Notes: a model not told the origin generated them from the sequence alone. A DNA stretch of 63,781 bases, filler included, from Octopus bimaculoides (GCF_001194135.2; 5 parts of 5 records of this genome joined end to end with filler, not necessarily neighbours in it), one strand, 5' to 3'. Shown: positions 1 through 11,743, counted from the first letter of the whole stretch. Numbers and translations are program-made.

Positions 1-340
1 TAATCTATGATGAAGCACTAGTCTGATCTTAAGTACTCTGTCACTTACTCTAACGACCTCGATTACCTTATCCACCCATTTCTCCGCTAGAAGTATTCCT
101 ACGCCCCCGACCCCGTCAGTGTTCCCTGCCCAGAAAATCTTGTACCTGTGTTCTTTGCCTGTGAGGAACCTTGCAGAACCTCCTCTCCATCATACTTCCT
201 GGATGCAGCACATATCTACGCATCTCCGTTCAAGCATCTCAACAATTTCACCAGATCTACCTTTCAGCGTGCCGACGTTGAGAGTGCCAATCCTAACAGT
301 ATGGGTGTTGGGGGTGTGGGCCTGTAGCCTGGGAAGGGGA
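1..340 (-). mobile_element. RTE-clade LINE, N-terminal APE endonuclease fragment (one in-frame stop; runs off the left edge)
   Basis: Minus strand reads VRIGTLNVGTLKGRSGEIVEMLERRCVDMCCIQEV*WRGGSARFLTGKEHRYKIFWAGNTDGVGGVGILLAEKWVDKVIEVVRVSDRVLKIRL, the typical RTE endonuclease start (TLNV, QE.RW, GVGI, RVSDR). Confidence 0.85.
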
Positions 341-1110
341 AAAGCAGTGTCGTGTACCGTTATTATAAGAACAATTTAAGCAAAATGATAACTCAATACT
401 TTTTGTAAAATACATATTCTCAAACAAGAATGGTATTGACAGTGTCTTCCAAGTTTTGACCAGCTTAAGCCATCATCTGATGATATTATGGCTGGCTAAA
501 ACTTCAAAGTCACTGTCAAAACTACTCTTGTTAAAGAATAATTAATATATATATATGTATGTATGTAGCTTTGTATGAGGAAGGGTATCCAGCTGTAGGA
601 ACTATGCCAAAGCAGATTTTGAAGTATGATGCAATCCTCAGGCCAGTTATATTGTCCAACGTGTACCAGCTTGGAGGCTAAAGGGTGGTGTTCATGACAA
701 TGATAGCTTGTCATGCCAATTTAGAAAGTTAAGTGAAATTTTGAATGTTATTGTATAATAATTTCACTAAGTATAAGATATTTACCTTATGTTAAACTAC
801 ATTGTGAGCTGAGGGTTTTTCAGAGCCTTTTCTGTATTAACACACTTTAAAATCATATTTTTATATAATTTATAGGACAATTATTGTGACTGTTAAAATT
901 CTGTTTGAAACTTAATGTTTCAAAATAAGCTGTTTCATCTTATTCAAACAATGGCAAGAAAGATTTGGTAGTTTATAAAACAGGAACTTGAAGGATTGTA
1001 CTAAATCATCTTCAAATGTGAACAGAACGTGAAAGACTGAAATTTTATAGAGAAAATTGACTATAAGTAATCATTGGATTGTAACGGAATATATTGTTTA
1101 TACTTTACAG

Positions 1111-1294
1111 TTATGATTCTGATAATCCTCGTGTGACTGGAGATGTTGGAATGGCTGGTGTTGCTATTGATTCTGTGGAAGATACCAAACTTCTCTTTGA
1201 TGGCATTCCTTTGGAAAAGATCAGTACATCAATGACAATGAATGGTGCTGTGCTGCCTATTATGGCTATGTATGTTGTTGCAGCTGAAGAGCAG
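1111..1294 (+). CDS. MMUT: Methylmalonyl-CoA mutase, internal exon A (phase 2 to 0)
   Basis: Acceptor tttacag, donor gtaaat. Encodes [61 protein letters not shown], close to human MUT. Confidence 0.97.
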
Positions 1295-1884
1295 GTAAAT
1301 TCTATCTGTTCAAGAGGTAAACAGTTTTCTTAATCTAATTTTTAAACAATAATAATAAAAAAACCTGTCGAAATACAGTGAATGGTAAATGTACAATTTT
1401 CAGATTGATAATATTATAGGAATGTTGGTTATCAGTTATATAGAAATAGTTGTTATTTTAGCTCAGCGGGCTGCATGTTTGAATCACGTCGGAGGGTCAC
1501 CACTTTATAGGAAAGTGGGTTATACATCATTAGATGTACACCTGACTTTCCTATATTAAATTAAGAATTTGAACGGAACGCTGAACTCCAAACTATCAAC
1601 ATAACAATATTTATTCATGGTGGAAATTATACATCTTTAATCTTGTTTGTTGAGATGTCTTCGGTGTATGAGAACATGGTTGTTGGGATGTTGGTATATT
1701 GATGTGAGCTGTCTAGCGTGAGTTTGAAAGATGGAGAGACAGCTAGACACGTCCTTGCTCAATCACTGGCCAGCAAGAAAGAGATCGATCAAAGCGGGAA
1801 AGCTTGGTTGTTGAATTTAACGCATGCGTGAGACTACGCATGCGCACGGCGTTACTACAATATCATTACAAAACTGTTATGAAG

Positions 1885-2498
1885 TACTACAAGAACAAAA
1901 AATGCCTCTTGGTGAGATTGTTTCTCATCACTTTGTTCCACAGTTAAAGCTCGGCACTTCTTTACACAGCTGTCCTCATCCATACACATCATATGATCAA
2001 ATCAGTGCAATTTTCTCTCTTGCACACATCTAATACCTCTTTATACCCAGTTTTCTGCTTAAATCATTTATACGCTGTTGTGCATGCACTTTGACATTAC
2101 CCATCCAGCAGAACATGCTAGCTTCATTTCTTTCAAGCCTTCACAAGTCCTCTGTAGTCTTAGCTCATGTTTCACTGTCATGTAGCATAGCTGTACATAC
2201 ACAGGCATCATGCAATCTGTTTTTCACCCTTAGTTGTCAGCAAAGTTAGAAGCTCTCTGAACTTCACCCAGCCTTTTCTTATTCTAGTAACTACATTTTC
2301 AGAACTTTTTCCACCACTGCTAACTTGGACTCCTAGGTAACAGAAGCTATTACTTCTAATGCATCCCTTCCCCCTAGCATTTGAGTGAGTCTACTGTCTG
2401 TGCATTTTTAGTGCTTATTGTACCTGCACATCCGACACACAAAGACTATATTCTTTGTTAACTTTCCTGTGATACTACTACACCTTTTACATGTCCAG
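1885..2498 (-). mobile_element. Degraded RTE LINE, RT C-terminal/thumb region (same family as 10105-10445)
   Basis: Alignable by eye with 10105-10445 (e.g. WTCKRCSSITGKLTKNIVFVC) and continues into a DEDSCVKKCRAL-like C-terminus; many stops and frameshifts. Confidence 0.75.
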
Positions 2499-2828
2499 TA
2501 TGAGAAATAAATTTACAATAAGGTACAGGGGTATGTAAGATAGGATTTATTCAAGCTTTTGTCTATTTAGTATAATACAAATTTTATTTTATACTAAAGA
2601 TTGAATATTTGAGATAAATGTCTGAAAAAAAAAAAATCTTTGAGCAGTGCAGGTTAGGTAAAATATGTAAGGTAATATCAATAAATGCAAATGATGAGAA
2701 AGGATATTGTATTATCTGATAGAGTTTGTTTAACGATCTTATATTTCGGGAAAAATTCCCTTTTCAAATAGAAGAAAGAAGCGATGCAAAGAATATTCAT
2801 TTGAATATTTAATCTTCTTTTCTTTCAG

Positions 2829-2963
2829 GGTGGAAAACAGACTAATCTGGCTGGAACAATACAAAATGATATTTTGAAAGAGTTTATGGTGCGAAATACT
2901 TACATTTTCCCTCCAGAACCCTCAATGAAAATAATAGGTGATATTTTTGAATATACATCGAAG
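2829..2963 (+). CDS. MMUT: Methylmalonyl-CoA mutase, internal exon B (phase 0 to 0, 45 codons)
   Basis: Acceptor tctttcag, donor gtaggt. [45 protein letters not shown] contains the conserved [10 protein letters not shown] and VRNTYIFP motifs. Confidence 0.97.
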
Positions 2964-3235
2964 GTAGGTCTTAGAATTTCATGAATACATTTTTATTAGC
3001 ATTTGTTAAAATATTTTATTTCATATTTCTGTATGACTTTTACAATTTTGTGTCTTAGAAGACCTGCAGTTATCTCTTCACTTCAAATCTTTCATATGTC
3101 TGACCCTACTACACACGGCTGTGTGGATGCCTGTGAGTGTACACATCATCATCATCGTTTAATGTCCAAATCAAATTCCTTTTTCTTGAGGATACACCAT
3201 TCCCAAGTTTTTTGGGGCTAAACACATACATTCGC

Positions 3236-3269
<34 letters not shown>

Positions 3270-3516
3270 NNNNNNNNNNTTTACACATATATACGCACTC
3301 TCATACATATATTGTAAAATGTCTAGGTCATTAAATAGTATCTATGCATGCATTGATGCATATTTGATGATTAACTTAAGATTGTATTAATGATCTTTTG
3401 CTAAAAACACTTAAAACAAAAAATAACTGTTGCTTTTTTTTTCTCATTGTTTCTATAAAGACTATTTATTTTAAATGAGAAAATGAAATTAACTATTGGA
3501 TTTTGTTGTTTCTTAG

Positions 3517-3634
3517 TTCATGCCACGGTTTAATTCAATTTCCATTTCGGGATATCACATCCAAGAAGCTGGTGCTGATGCTGTGCTTGAATTGGCATTT
3601 ACTATAGCTGACGGGTTGGAATATATCAGAACAG
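3517..3634 (+). CDS. MMUT: Methylmalonyl-CoA mutase, internal exon C (phase 0 to 1)
   Basis: Acceptor ttcttag, donor gtcagt. [39 protein letters not shown] includes the active-site SGYH motif. Confidence 0.97.
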
Positions 3635-4429
3635 GTCAGTTGAATGTGGGCTAAAATGAAAAATGCAGGTGCAGAATCCTAGAATATTTATTCCTAAGTA
3701 TTGAACCTGGAAAAGTACAGAACAATCAGTAATTAAGCCTGGAAAAATATAGGGGAAAAAAAAAATTTTAAATATTGCTGCTGAAGTTAGAATTTGCTAA
3801 ACAAATTTCTGAAATTATTCATAAAATGTGTGTGCATTGTTTTAGTATAATATTTTTAAAAATTTTCTTTTCTTAGTAAAACTCATTTATCCAGGAATTT
3901 TAAATCACAGATATTGTGTTATAAAATTAAATTCATGTAGAATATATGTAATTCAAAAGAGTAAAAAAAAATTGTAAAACAAAAATTATTTTACAGAAAC
4001 AAAAGAAATAATTTCTTTAAAGTTTGCATTATCAGATAACTAAGTATTTTCTATTTACAGTTTAAAAAAAAAAATCAAAAATCTGAAGGCTAATGAACAA
4101 ATTGAGTGCAAAATGTAGAAATAACTCCCTAGCTCTTTAAAAACAACGTAGGGGTTATAAAAGTAAAAATAAAAAAAAAATATAAAAGTACCTTTATCAC
4201 TATTTTAGTTTTTAAATTCTAACTTCAGCAGCAATATTTAAACTTTTTTTTTCTTTTTGTCCTGTACTTTTTCATGGTTAGTTACTGCTTGTTCTGTACT
4301 TTTCCAGGTTAAATACTTAATATTCTTACATTCTGTACCTGCATTTTTCATTCTTCAAATATTTAGCAGTATGAAATTGAAACTGTAATGTATTTGCTTT
4401 ATTCTGGACTCATATTTTCATTACCATAG

Positions 4430-4509
4430 GTATCAGTCGAGGTCTTGATATTGATAAATTTGCCCCACGTCTCTCATTTTTCTGGGGAATTGGCATGAAT
4501 TTCTATATG
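4430..4509 (+). CDS. MMUT: Methylmalonyl-CoA mutase, internal exon D (phase 1 to 0)
   Basis: Acceptor accatag, donor gtgagt. (G)[26 protein letters not shown]. Confidence 0.97.
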
Positions 4510-4746
4510 GTGAGTATTATAATCCTATGTGAACCTTCTGTAATATATATGAACCTTAAATAGGATTAACAGCATGTATGTCTACACTCTTCCTACAGCA
4601 TTAAGAATATTTTAACTCTTATTTCTAGAAATGTAGGTGCACTGGCGTCCTTAGTCACACTTAGTGATGATTGAATTTTTCCTTTATGGTATCACATTGC
4701 ACATAGCTGTTTATATTAATTCTTTATATATGCATTAGAAGTTCAC

Positions 4747-5136
4747 CGTGGAGACGCAATGGCCCAGTGGTTAGGGCAGCGGACTCGCAGTCATAGGATC
4801 GCAGTTTCGATTCCCAGACCGGGCGTTGTGAGTGTTTATTGAGTGAAAACACCTAAAGCTACACAAGGCTCCGGCAGGGGATGGCGGCGAACCCTGCTGT
4901 ACTCTTTCACCACAACTTTCTCTCACTCTTACTTCCTGTTTCTGTTGTGCCTGTAATTTAAAGGGTCAGCCTTGTCACACTGTGTCACTCTGAATATCCC
5001 CGAGAACTACGTTAAGGGTACACGTGTCTGTGGAGTGCTCAGCCACTTGCACGTTAATTTCCATTTCACGAGCAGGCTGTTCCGTTGATCGGATCAACTG
5101 GAACCCACGACGTTGTAAGCGACAGAATGCCAACAA
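4747..5136 (+). mobile_element. tRNA-headed SINE, subfamily A (full length)
   Basis: A-box-like TGGCCCAGTGG and B-box-like GTTTCGATTCC in a tRNA-like head. Body is shared with copies at 5456-5760 and 60470-60655; head is shared with 22931-23242 and 47513-47768. Confidence 0.85.
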
Positions 5137-5455
5137 TATATATATATATATGAAATCACTGTTGGCATTGAGAAAATATATAATTCTTAAAGTTTGTGTT
5201 AGGATGCAGGAAGGGGAATATCTAAGGTTTAGAAATTAAGGAAATCATCATCATCTGTGAAAAGCTTCTTCAGTGGAGTTAGGATTACTCCTTTAACAGC
5301 ACTAGGACACAATTACTGCATGTATCAGTAAAAAGTAAACCCTTTCTGATGTGTAACTACAATTTAAACCCTCAAAGTCAGGCATCATCCTTATCATCAA
5401 CTCTATCGTTTCTCAGCAGTTTTTAAGTGACCTTCAAAAATCTTAAGTGAAGATG

Positions 5456-5760
5456 CATGGCTTAGTGGTTAGGGTATTTGGTTCATGATTGTAAGGTTAT
5501 GAGTTCAATTCCCAGCAGTACATTGTGTCCATGAGCAAGGCACTACATTTCATGTTGCTCCAGTCCACTCAGCTGGCAAAAATGAGTTGTACATGTTCAA
5601 TGGGTCAGCCTTGACACTTGAATCTCCCTGAGAATTGCATTAAAGGTACATGTATCTGTGGAGTGCTTAACCACTTGCATGTTAATTTCATGAGCCGGCT
5701 GTTCTGTTGATTGAAGCAACTAGAACACTAGTCATCACAACCAATGGAGAGCTAGGCCAC
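5456..5760 (+). mobile_element. tRNA-headed SINE, subfamily A (degraded copy)
   Basis: TGGCTTAGTGG...GAGTTCAATTCC head, then a gggtcagccttg...gagaattgcattaaaggtacatgtatctgtggagtgct body matching 4747-5136. Confidence 0.7.
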
Positions 5761-6127
5761 AAATATCTTAAGCTCCAGTCTTACTACTAATATTAAATAA
5801 GTAATGATTAGAAAAAGGAGATAGATTCCAGCAACAACTTGCCTAACATATGGGATAAGTTTTTTGAATGTTTTTCTTCAAGCCCGAACTTGTATTTATT
5901 TTGGAGTTTCTGAAATTCATCGTAATAAAGAGATTTAATATTATTCCATAGTTATCACCTGAGATTCAATATGATACTTCTGGTGCTAAATTAGTTTAGG
6001 AATGTTGGAGGTAAGAACAAAAGGCTAATAGTTGAAATGAGATTGAGACACATTTACATATTTATGGCATGGTTTTATGTAATGTTACAATTGTATGGCT
6101 AATAAATTAATGTTTTTTGGTTTATAG

Positions 6128-6256
6128 GAGATTGCTAAACTTCGTGCTGGGAGGCGTTTATGGGCTCACCTATTGGAAAAGTTTAATCCTACCAATCCAA
6201 AATCCAAATTATTACGTTGTCATTGTCAAACTTCTGGTTGGTCTTTGACTGAGCAG
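6128..6256 (+). CDS. MMUT: Methylmalonyl-CoA mutase, internal exon E (phase 0 to 0)
   Basis: Acceptor tttatag, donor gtaaat. [43 protein letters not shown]. Confidence 0.97.
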
Positions 6257-6453
6257 GTAAATACTTTCTTCCTAAGTACTATTTTAAACAAAACTTGTTA
6301 AAACATGTACAGTGTTAATAATTTCTTTTTACTCTCCACTTATGTTCATTGTTGTTTAGCAGAGGTCAACCTTGATTGACTTGACCTATAATCAAGGGCA
6401 TTCAAACTGTGGTCATGTTATCTTTGAAAGAATATATAAGACTACATTATGTA

Positions 6454-6940
6454 TGAGGGTCAGTTGAAAAGTTCATAGGCTGATCAAGATACTCTCTCAG
6501 AATGTGACCAAATGGGGTTTATTTTTCAACATAGTACCTCTTGTGGTCCACATACTTCTTCCTTCACTGTTGCAGTGCTCTTGGATCCTATTGGTGAAAA
6601 AGTTTTCATTCTTCGGTCAAAGACGCCGTCAACAACAGATATAACGTCATTATCACTGCGATACTGGTTCCCAGCCAAGTGATTTATTTATGTTAGAAAA
6701 CAGATGGCAGTGAGGTGGGGGCAAAATTAGAAGAATAGGAAAGGTGATCAACTAGTTCAAAGTGACAGTCAAGCACAGCAGCCATTGAAACCAACAATAT
6801 GGCCAGAGCAATGTCCTGATGAAACAAGACCCCCTTTTGTCAGTTTTTCTGGGTGTTTAGTCTTGATGGCCTTTTGTAACTGCTTCAGCAAGTTGGCATA
6901 GTACTCTCCATTGATGGTGTGGCCCTTTTTAAAATAATAT
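6454..6940 (-). mobile_element. mariner DNA transposon remnant (3' half of transposase plus 3' TIR)
   Basis: Minus strand YFKKGHTINGEYYANLLKQLQKAIKTKHPEKLTKG-VLFHQD...ELVDHLSYSSNFAP resembles the Himar1-type catalytic domain. Ends in TA|TGAGGGTCAGTTGAAAAGTTC, a mariner-like TIR with TA target. Frameshifted. Confidence 0.85.
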
Positions 6941-6985
6941 ACTTGGGCTAAGCCCGAAGAGCCCTGAGTGCCAGAGTGACCACTA

Positions 6986-7017
<32 letters not shown>

Positions 7018-7020
<3 letters not shown>

Positions 7021-7197
7021 ACACGTAAAAGCACCCACTACACTCTCTGAGTGGTTGGCGTTAGGAAGGGCATCCAGCTGTAGAAACTCTGCCAAATCAG
7101 ACTGGAGCCTGGTGTTGCCATCCGGTTTCACCAGTCCTCAGTCAAATCGTCCAACCCATGCTAGCATGGAAAGCGGACGTTAAACGATGATGATGAT
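7018..7197 (+). mobile_element. RTE LINE 3' UTR/tail fragment ending in (GAT)n
   Basis: aaagcaccca...ggttggcgttaggaagggcatccagctgtagaaac...cgttaaacgatgatgatgat; the same motif follows the RTE ORF end at 63190-63336. Confidence 0.75.
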
Positions 7198-7338
7198 ATA
7201 TATATAATTATTACAAATTAAAAGGGTAAAGGTTTATCAATTTATTAATTTATTAATAAATCAACAATTAATAATTTTTACCAAGCCCGTCGGTATGTAA
7301 GCACCATTATCAGTGGAGAACTTATTTAAAAGTTCATA

Positions 7339-8410
7339 TCTATATATATAAAAATGAGAATGTGTGTCTGTCTGTCTGTCTGTCTGTCTGTGTGAATCCC
7401 TAAAACTCGAGAACTACGCAACCAATTTCATTCAAATTTTACACATGCCTTACTTAGGGTTCCAGTTGTGTTTTAGTCAAAAACAATTATTAACTTCTTG
7501 CAGAGTTCGAGCACACGGCAACATAATATCTCCTCCACTATTTAAGTATTACGTGCCAAAAGTGAAACAAAAACACTCATGTCAAATACTTTCACTTTAA
7601 AAATGAAACTATTCCACTAACTGAAACAATCACATTTCGATACTGTAGTGACAGATACTTTCACAGAGAGAGAAAGAGAGAGAGAGAGAGATGTATNNNN
7701 NNNNNNNNNNNNNNNNNNNNNNNNNNNNNNNNNNNNNNNNNNNNNNNNNNNNNNNNNNNNNNNNNNNNNNNNNNNNNNNNNNNNNNNNNNNNNNNNNNNN
7801 NNNNNNNNNNNNNNNNNNNNNNNNNNNNNNNNNNNNNNNNNNNNNNNNNNNNNNNNNNNNNNNNNNNNNNNNNNNNNNNNNNNNNNNNNNNNNNNNNNNN
7901 NNNNNNNNNNNNNNNNNNNNNNNNNNNNNNNNNNNNNNNNNNNNNNNNNNNNNNNNNNNNNNNNNNNNNNNNNNNNNNNNNNNNNNNNNNNNNNNNNNNN
8001 NNNNNNNNNNNNNNNNNNNNNNNNNNNNNNNNNNNNNNNNNNNNNNNNNNNNNNNNNNNNNNNNNNNNNNNNNNNNNNNNNNNNNNNNNNNNNNNNNNNN
8101 NNNNNNNNNNNNNNNNNNNNNNNNNNNNNNNNNNNNNNNNNNNNNNNNNNNNNNNNNNNNNNNNNNNNNNNACGGCCATAACTCCCATGAAAATTCATAT
8201 ATTTTTGATGTTGATGAACCCGAACATAACAGATGAGCATTATTTAGAAAATGATGTCACACGTTATCGAGGCTACCATTCTTTCTGGATGTGCAAAAGG
8301 GGATGACGTCTTTATTCCAAGAATTCCTCTTACTCCATCAGGAGCAGACATTCCTTTTACTAGATTTCATTATTCTCTTTAACCCGGGCAACGCCGGGTA
8401 TTTCTGCTAG
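7339..8410 (+). mobile_element. Non-autonomous Helitron with a scrap of the PIF1-type helicase (contains an N gap)
   Basis: Starts A|TC (7338/7339). Ends with hairpin acccgg-gcaacg-ccgggt (8382-8399), then CTAG|T (8407-8411). 8251-8357 reads MMSHVIEATILSGCAKGDDVFIPRIPLTPSGADIPF, the Helitron helicase VFIPRI motif. Confidence 0.9.
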
Positions 8411-8421
8411 TACATTTATAA

Positions 8422-8619
8422 ACATAATTAAGGGATCAGCAAATATTTGCTTCACCACATACCGAAGTTCAGAAATAGCATTAGTTCATTAGTTTTCATT
8501 GTTTTTTTTCTTCTTGTTTTTGCCTTTGTGAGTTACAAGTAATGCTATCTGTTGGAGTCTCAGCTTTTTTAGCTGCTATTTCAGTATGTGGTGAAGCAAA
8601 TATTTGCTGATCCCTTAAT

Positions 8620-8624
<5 letters not shown>
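8422..8624. mobile_element. MITE-like element with 41-bp perfect terminal inverted repeats
   Basis: 8422-8462 (acataattaagggatcagcaaatatttgcttcaccacatac) is the exact reverse complement of 8584-8624; non-coding AT-rich interior. Confidence 0.7.
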
Positions 8625-8656
<32 letters not shown>

Positions 8657-8883
8657 CACACACACATACACACAAAGTGATACCTCACTTTATGAGGATC
8701 TGCACTAAGGTCGATGTAATTAACTAGCCCCTCCCCTCCATTTCAAACCTTGTGCCTATAATAGAAAGGATTATTAGTATTACTGGAGGTTTTATAAGTT
8801 TGTTGATTGTCTCAGAGGGTGCCTAAAAATGACTCTATTCTGTGTTCTAGCAAACTGACTTAAAACACTTTTCTTTATTCTAG

Positions 8884-9069
<186 letters not shown>

Positions 9070-9696
9070 TAAACCTCTGTGATCCATTTTTGTTACGAAT
9101 TTGATTGCAAAGAAAGGTTTGTTTAATCTAATATTATATTTGTTTACTGGAGTTATGAACACCTCATCTGTGTTTATATCCATCCTTTGTTAGTCTGTTT
9201 CTCTACCAGCCTTATAACTGTTTTTAAGAAAAAGAACCACTAAGTTAGTGACATCTGTTGAGGATCTTGCAGGTCATCTCTATACTGGATTCCTTTTGTT
9301 AACCACTCATGTAATTTGCCTAAACCTATCTCTGAAGAAGTTTAGCTTTTTCTCTGTAATGCTAGTTTGGTATTTTTTTCTTTTGCTATTCCTGTTGGTT
9401 GAACTTAAGATTAAAGATAATTGTAAACAACAATTCAAGTTGAAACTCTACTTGTAAAACATTGATTTAGTGTTCAGTTTAGGTTTTGTCCATTTTGTTA
9501 CCAAACAAATTTTGTTTTGTCATGTCTTTCAATCATAGAATGATTTTTAGTAGAACTTTAGGTCTGTTTTTGATGGTGTTTTTAAATATTGATCAACAGG
9601 GAAAGCAGTGGAGTGGCAGAAACAGTAGAGTGTCGAAAGTATTTAGTCTTGTGAGTGGATTTGGTAAAATGGAAACTGAAAGAAGCTTGATGTGTA

Positions 9697-9955
9697 TCAT
9701 CATTATCATCATTTAATGTCCATCTTCCATGCACGCATGGGTAGGATGGTTCACAAGAGCTGGCCAGATAGAAAAACTACCCTATACTACTCTATCTGTT
9801 TTGGCAGGGTTTTTACAACTGGATGCCCTTCCTAACACCAACCACTCTGCAGAGTGGACTCAGTACTTTTTACATGGCACTAGCACAGGCGAGGTTAGTT
9901 TTGGCATGATTTTTACAGCTGGATGCCCTTCCAAATGCCAATCACTTTACAGTGT
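9697..9955 (-). mobile_element. RTE LINE 3' UTR/tail fragment
   Basis: Reverse complement of the tail seen at 7018-7197: (CAT)n start, then ctggatgcccttcctaacaccaaccac (partly duplicated). Confidence 0.7.
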
Positions 9956-9968
9956 ATGTGTGTGTGTA

Positions 9969-10004
<36 letters not shown>

Positions 10005-10104
10005 NNNNNNNNNNNNNNNNNNNNNNNNNNNNNNNNNNNNNNNNNNNNTTAATTAATTAANNNNNNNNNNNNNNNNNNNNNNNNNNNNNNNNNNNNNNNN
10101 NNNN
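10005..10104. other. Artificial scaffold linker 1 (44 N + TTAATTAATTAA + 44 N)
   Basis: Exactly 100 bp; the 12-mer at 10049-10060 places stop codons in all six frames; identical at four sites. Confidence 0.95.
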
Positions 10105-10445
10105 GTACGCATGCGTCATACAGTCTGCCTTTTACTCTGAGTGAGAGTCCCTTTGTCGCCAGCAGGGGTAAGAGCTCTCTAAACTTTGCCCAGGCTATTC
10201 TTATTCTAGCAGCTACACTTTCAGCGCACCCACCCCCACTACTAACTTGGTCGCCCAGATAGCGGAAGCTATCGACTACCTCTAGTTTTTCACCCTGGAA
10301 TGAGATAGAAGTTGTTTCCTGTTTGTTTGCAGTCTTTATTGCACCTGAACATCTGCCACAAACAAAAACTAACTTGCTAGTTAACCTGCCTTTGATGTTG
10401 CTGCACCTCTTATGTGTCCATAGCTTGCACCGGGTACATCTTATA
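10105..10445 (-). mobile_element. RTE LINE RT fragment with PHD-like zinc-finger residues (open frame)
   Basis: IRCTRCKLWTHKRCSNIKGRLTSKLVFVCGRCSGAI...LEVVDSFRYLGDQVSSGGGCAESVAARIRIAWAKFRELLPLL...GRLYDACV; FRYLG and RI..AW..F are non-LTR RT C-terminal motifs. Confidence 0.88.
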
Positions 10446-11556
10446 CACATGTATATTCAATATTTATATGAACAGAAAAAGCAATGTTTCAAACCTGTTT
10501 TGTTAGTGTTTTTCAACTGTGACCATTGTGCACTACACTTTTGATGTTCACAAACATAACTACTCGTAAACCGACTATTACCAAAGGTTCAAATAAAATG
10601 GGGAGACAAATTTGCATATATAATAGTTTCTTGGCAGCTAGTTCAAAAATTAAATTACTGGTGTACAATATGCCCAAAAGGACAGAATACTGTTAACACA
10701 CCTCGTTCAATATTCAAACTAGCTGCCAGCAAGGTGTTCTATATAGAGATTGGTCTATCAAGTTTACTTCATTCACTAACATATTTAATATTACAGTTTT
10801 GCCATCTTATTTTCCACTGAACACCCCTTTCATCTACCCTCTCTTGCACATCCGTGTTATGCCACTGGCAGCACTTGCTCATTACCTCTGTTTGTCTCCA
10901 ACAATTTCCACTCTTATGTATCTCTAGCACTGTGCATCTCTACTGTACTCCATCCTGTACTGAATTCAAATGCTACTGAGATAAACTGTACCCTTCATAC
11001 TTTTAGGGTTGGTAGAATCAGTACCAGTTGAGCGCTGAAGTTGTTGTAATTGACTAACCATCCCCATTAAAATTGCCAGCCTTGTGCCAAAATTAGAAAG
11101 GAAAATAATTATTATATAAACAGATCATTTTTGATTTGTCCTGACATGTAAAGGGAGAAAAAGAGGAATTTAAATAGCATAATGTGACATTCATGCCTTT
11201 CTCGCAAATATGTTGTAAAACATTAAGTGTTCTTCTTCTAATATAATTCCATTCACATCATGTTTGCTACGCAGGAAAATATTAAACTTTAGTTCATACA
11301 CCCCACCATTAAGTTAGAACACAAGCAACATGGCTGCAATGTTGATAAATTAATAGCAATATTGGTGTTTCTTTTTTCTTTTTTTCTATTCTAGTCTTTT
11401 AGTCGAAATAGTTTCTATGGTGAGCAGGTTGTGCAAATATTTCATAATAGCTGAGGGTTAGATGATGGTGTAGGCTATGTTGGGGAATATAATCTGTTTC
11501 ATCAATTAATTAATGATCACTAAAACAAATTGTTCATATTACTTCTAAAATTATTG

Positions 11557-11587
<31 letters not shown>

Positions 11588-11743
11588 TAAAGAATAAAAA
11601 GTTTAGAATGGTACAACAACGCACTATAAAACAAAAAATTCCGAAATATCATTGGACTATAGATAACTAAATTAGAACAGGTATATAGTCCATTTTTTGT
11701 ATTATAGTGCATTGGTGTACCATTCTAAACTTTTTATTCTTTA
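11588..11743. mobile_element. Internally deleted copy of the palindromic element at 12458-12766
   Basis: Same termini TAAAGAATAAAA...TTTTATTCTTTA; the left arm jumps from acaaaaaa directly to ttccgaaatatc of the right arm; preceded by (AAT)n. Confidence 0.8.

Noticed and set aside
1648-1859. Possible solo LTR (TG...CA, CpG-rich, 212 bp)
   Set aside because: No target-site duplication, no terminal inverted repeat beyond TGT/ACA, and no second copy in the window.
4755-4825. tRNA gene calls for SINE heads (also about 23170-23240, 47520-47590, 52610-52750)
   Set aside because: A/B boxes are present but cloverleaf stems are broken and each continues into a SINE body; not functional tRNAs.
7125-7141. 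CUGAGGA...GAAAC on the minus strand of the RTE tail
   Set aside because: Only 5 nt lie between the two core halves, so no stem II can form; antisense to the LINE; chance match.
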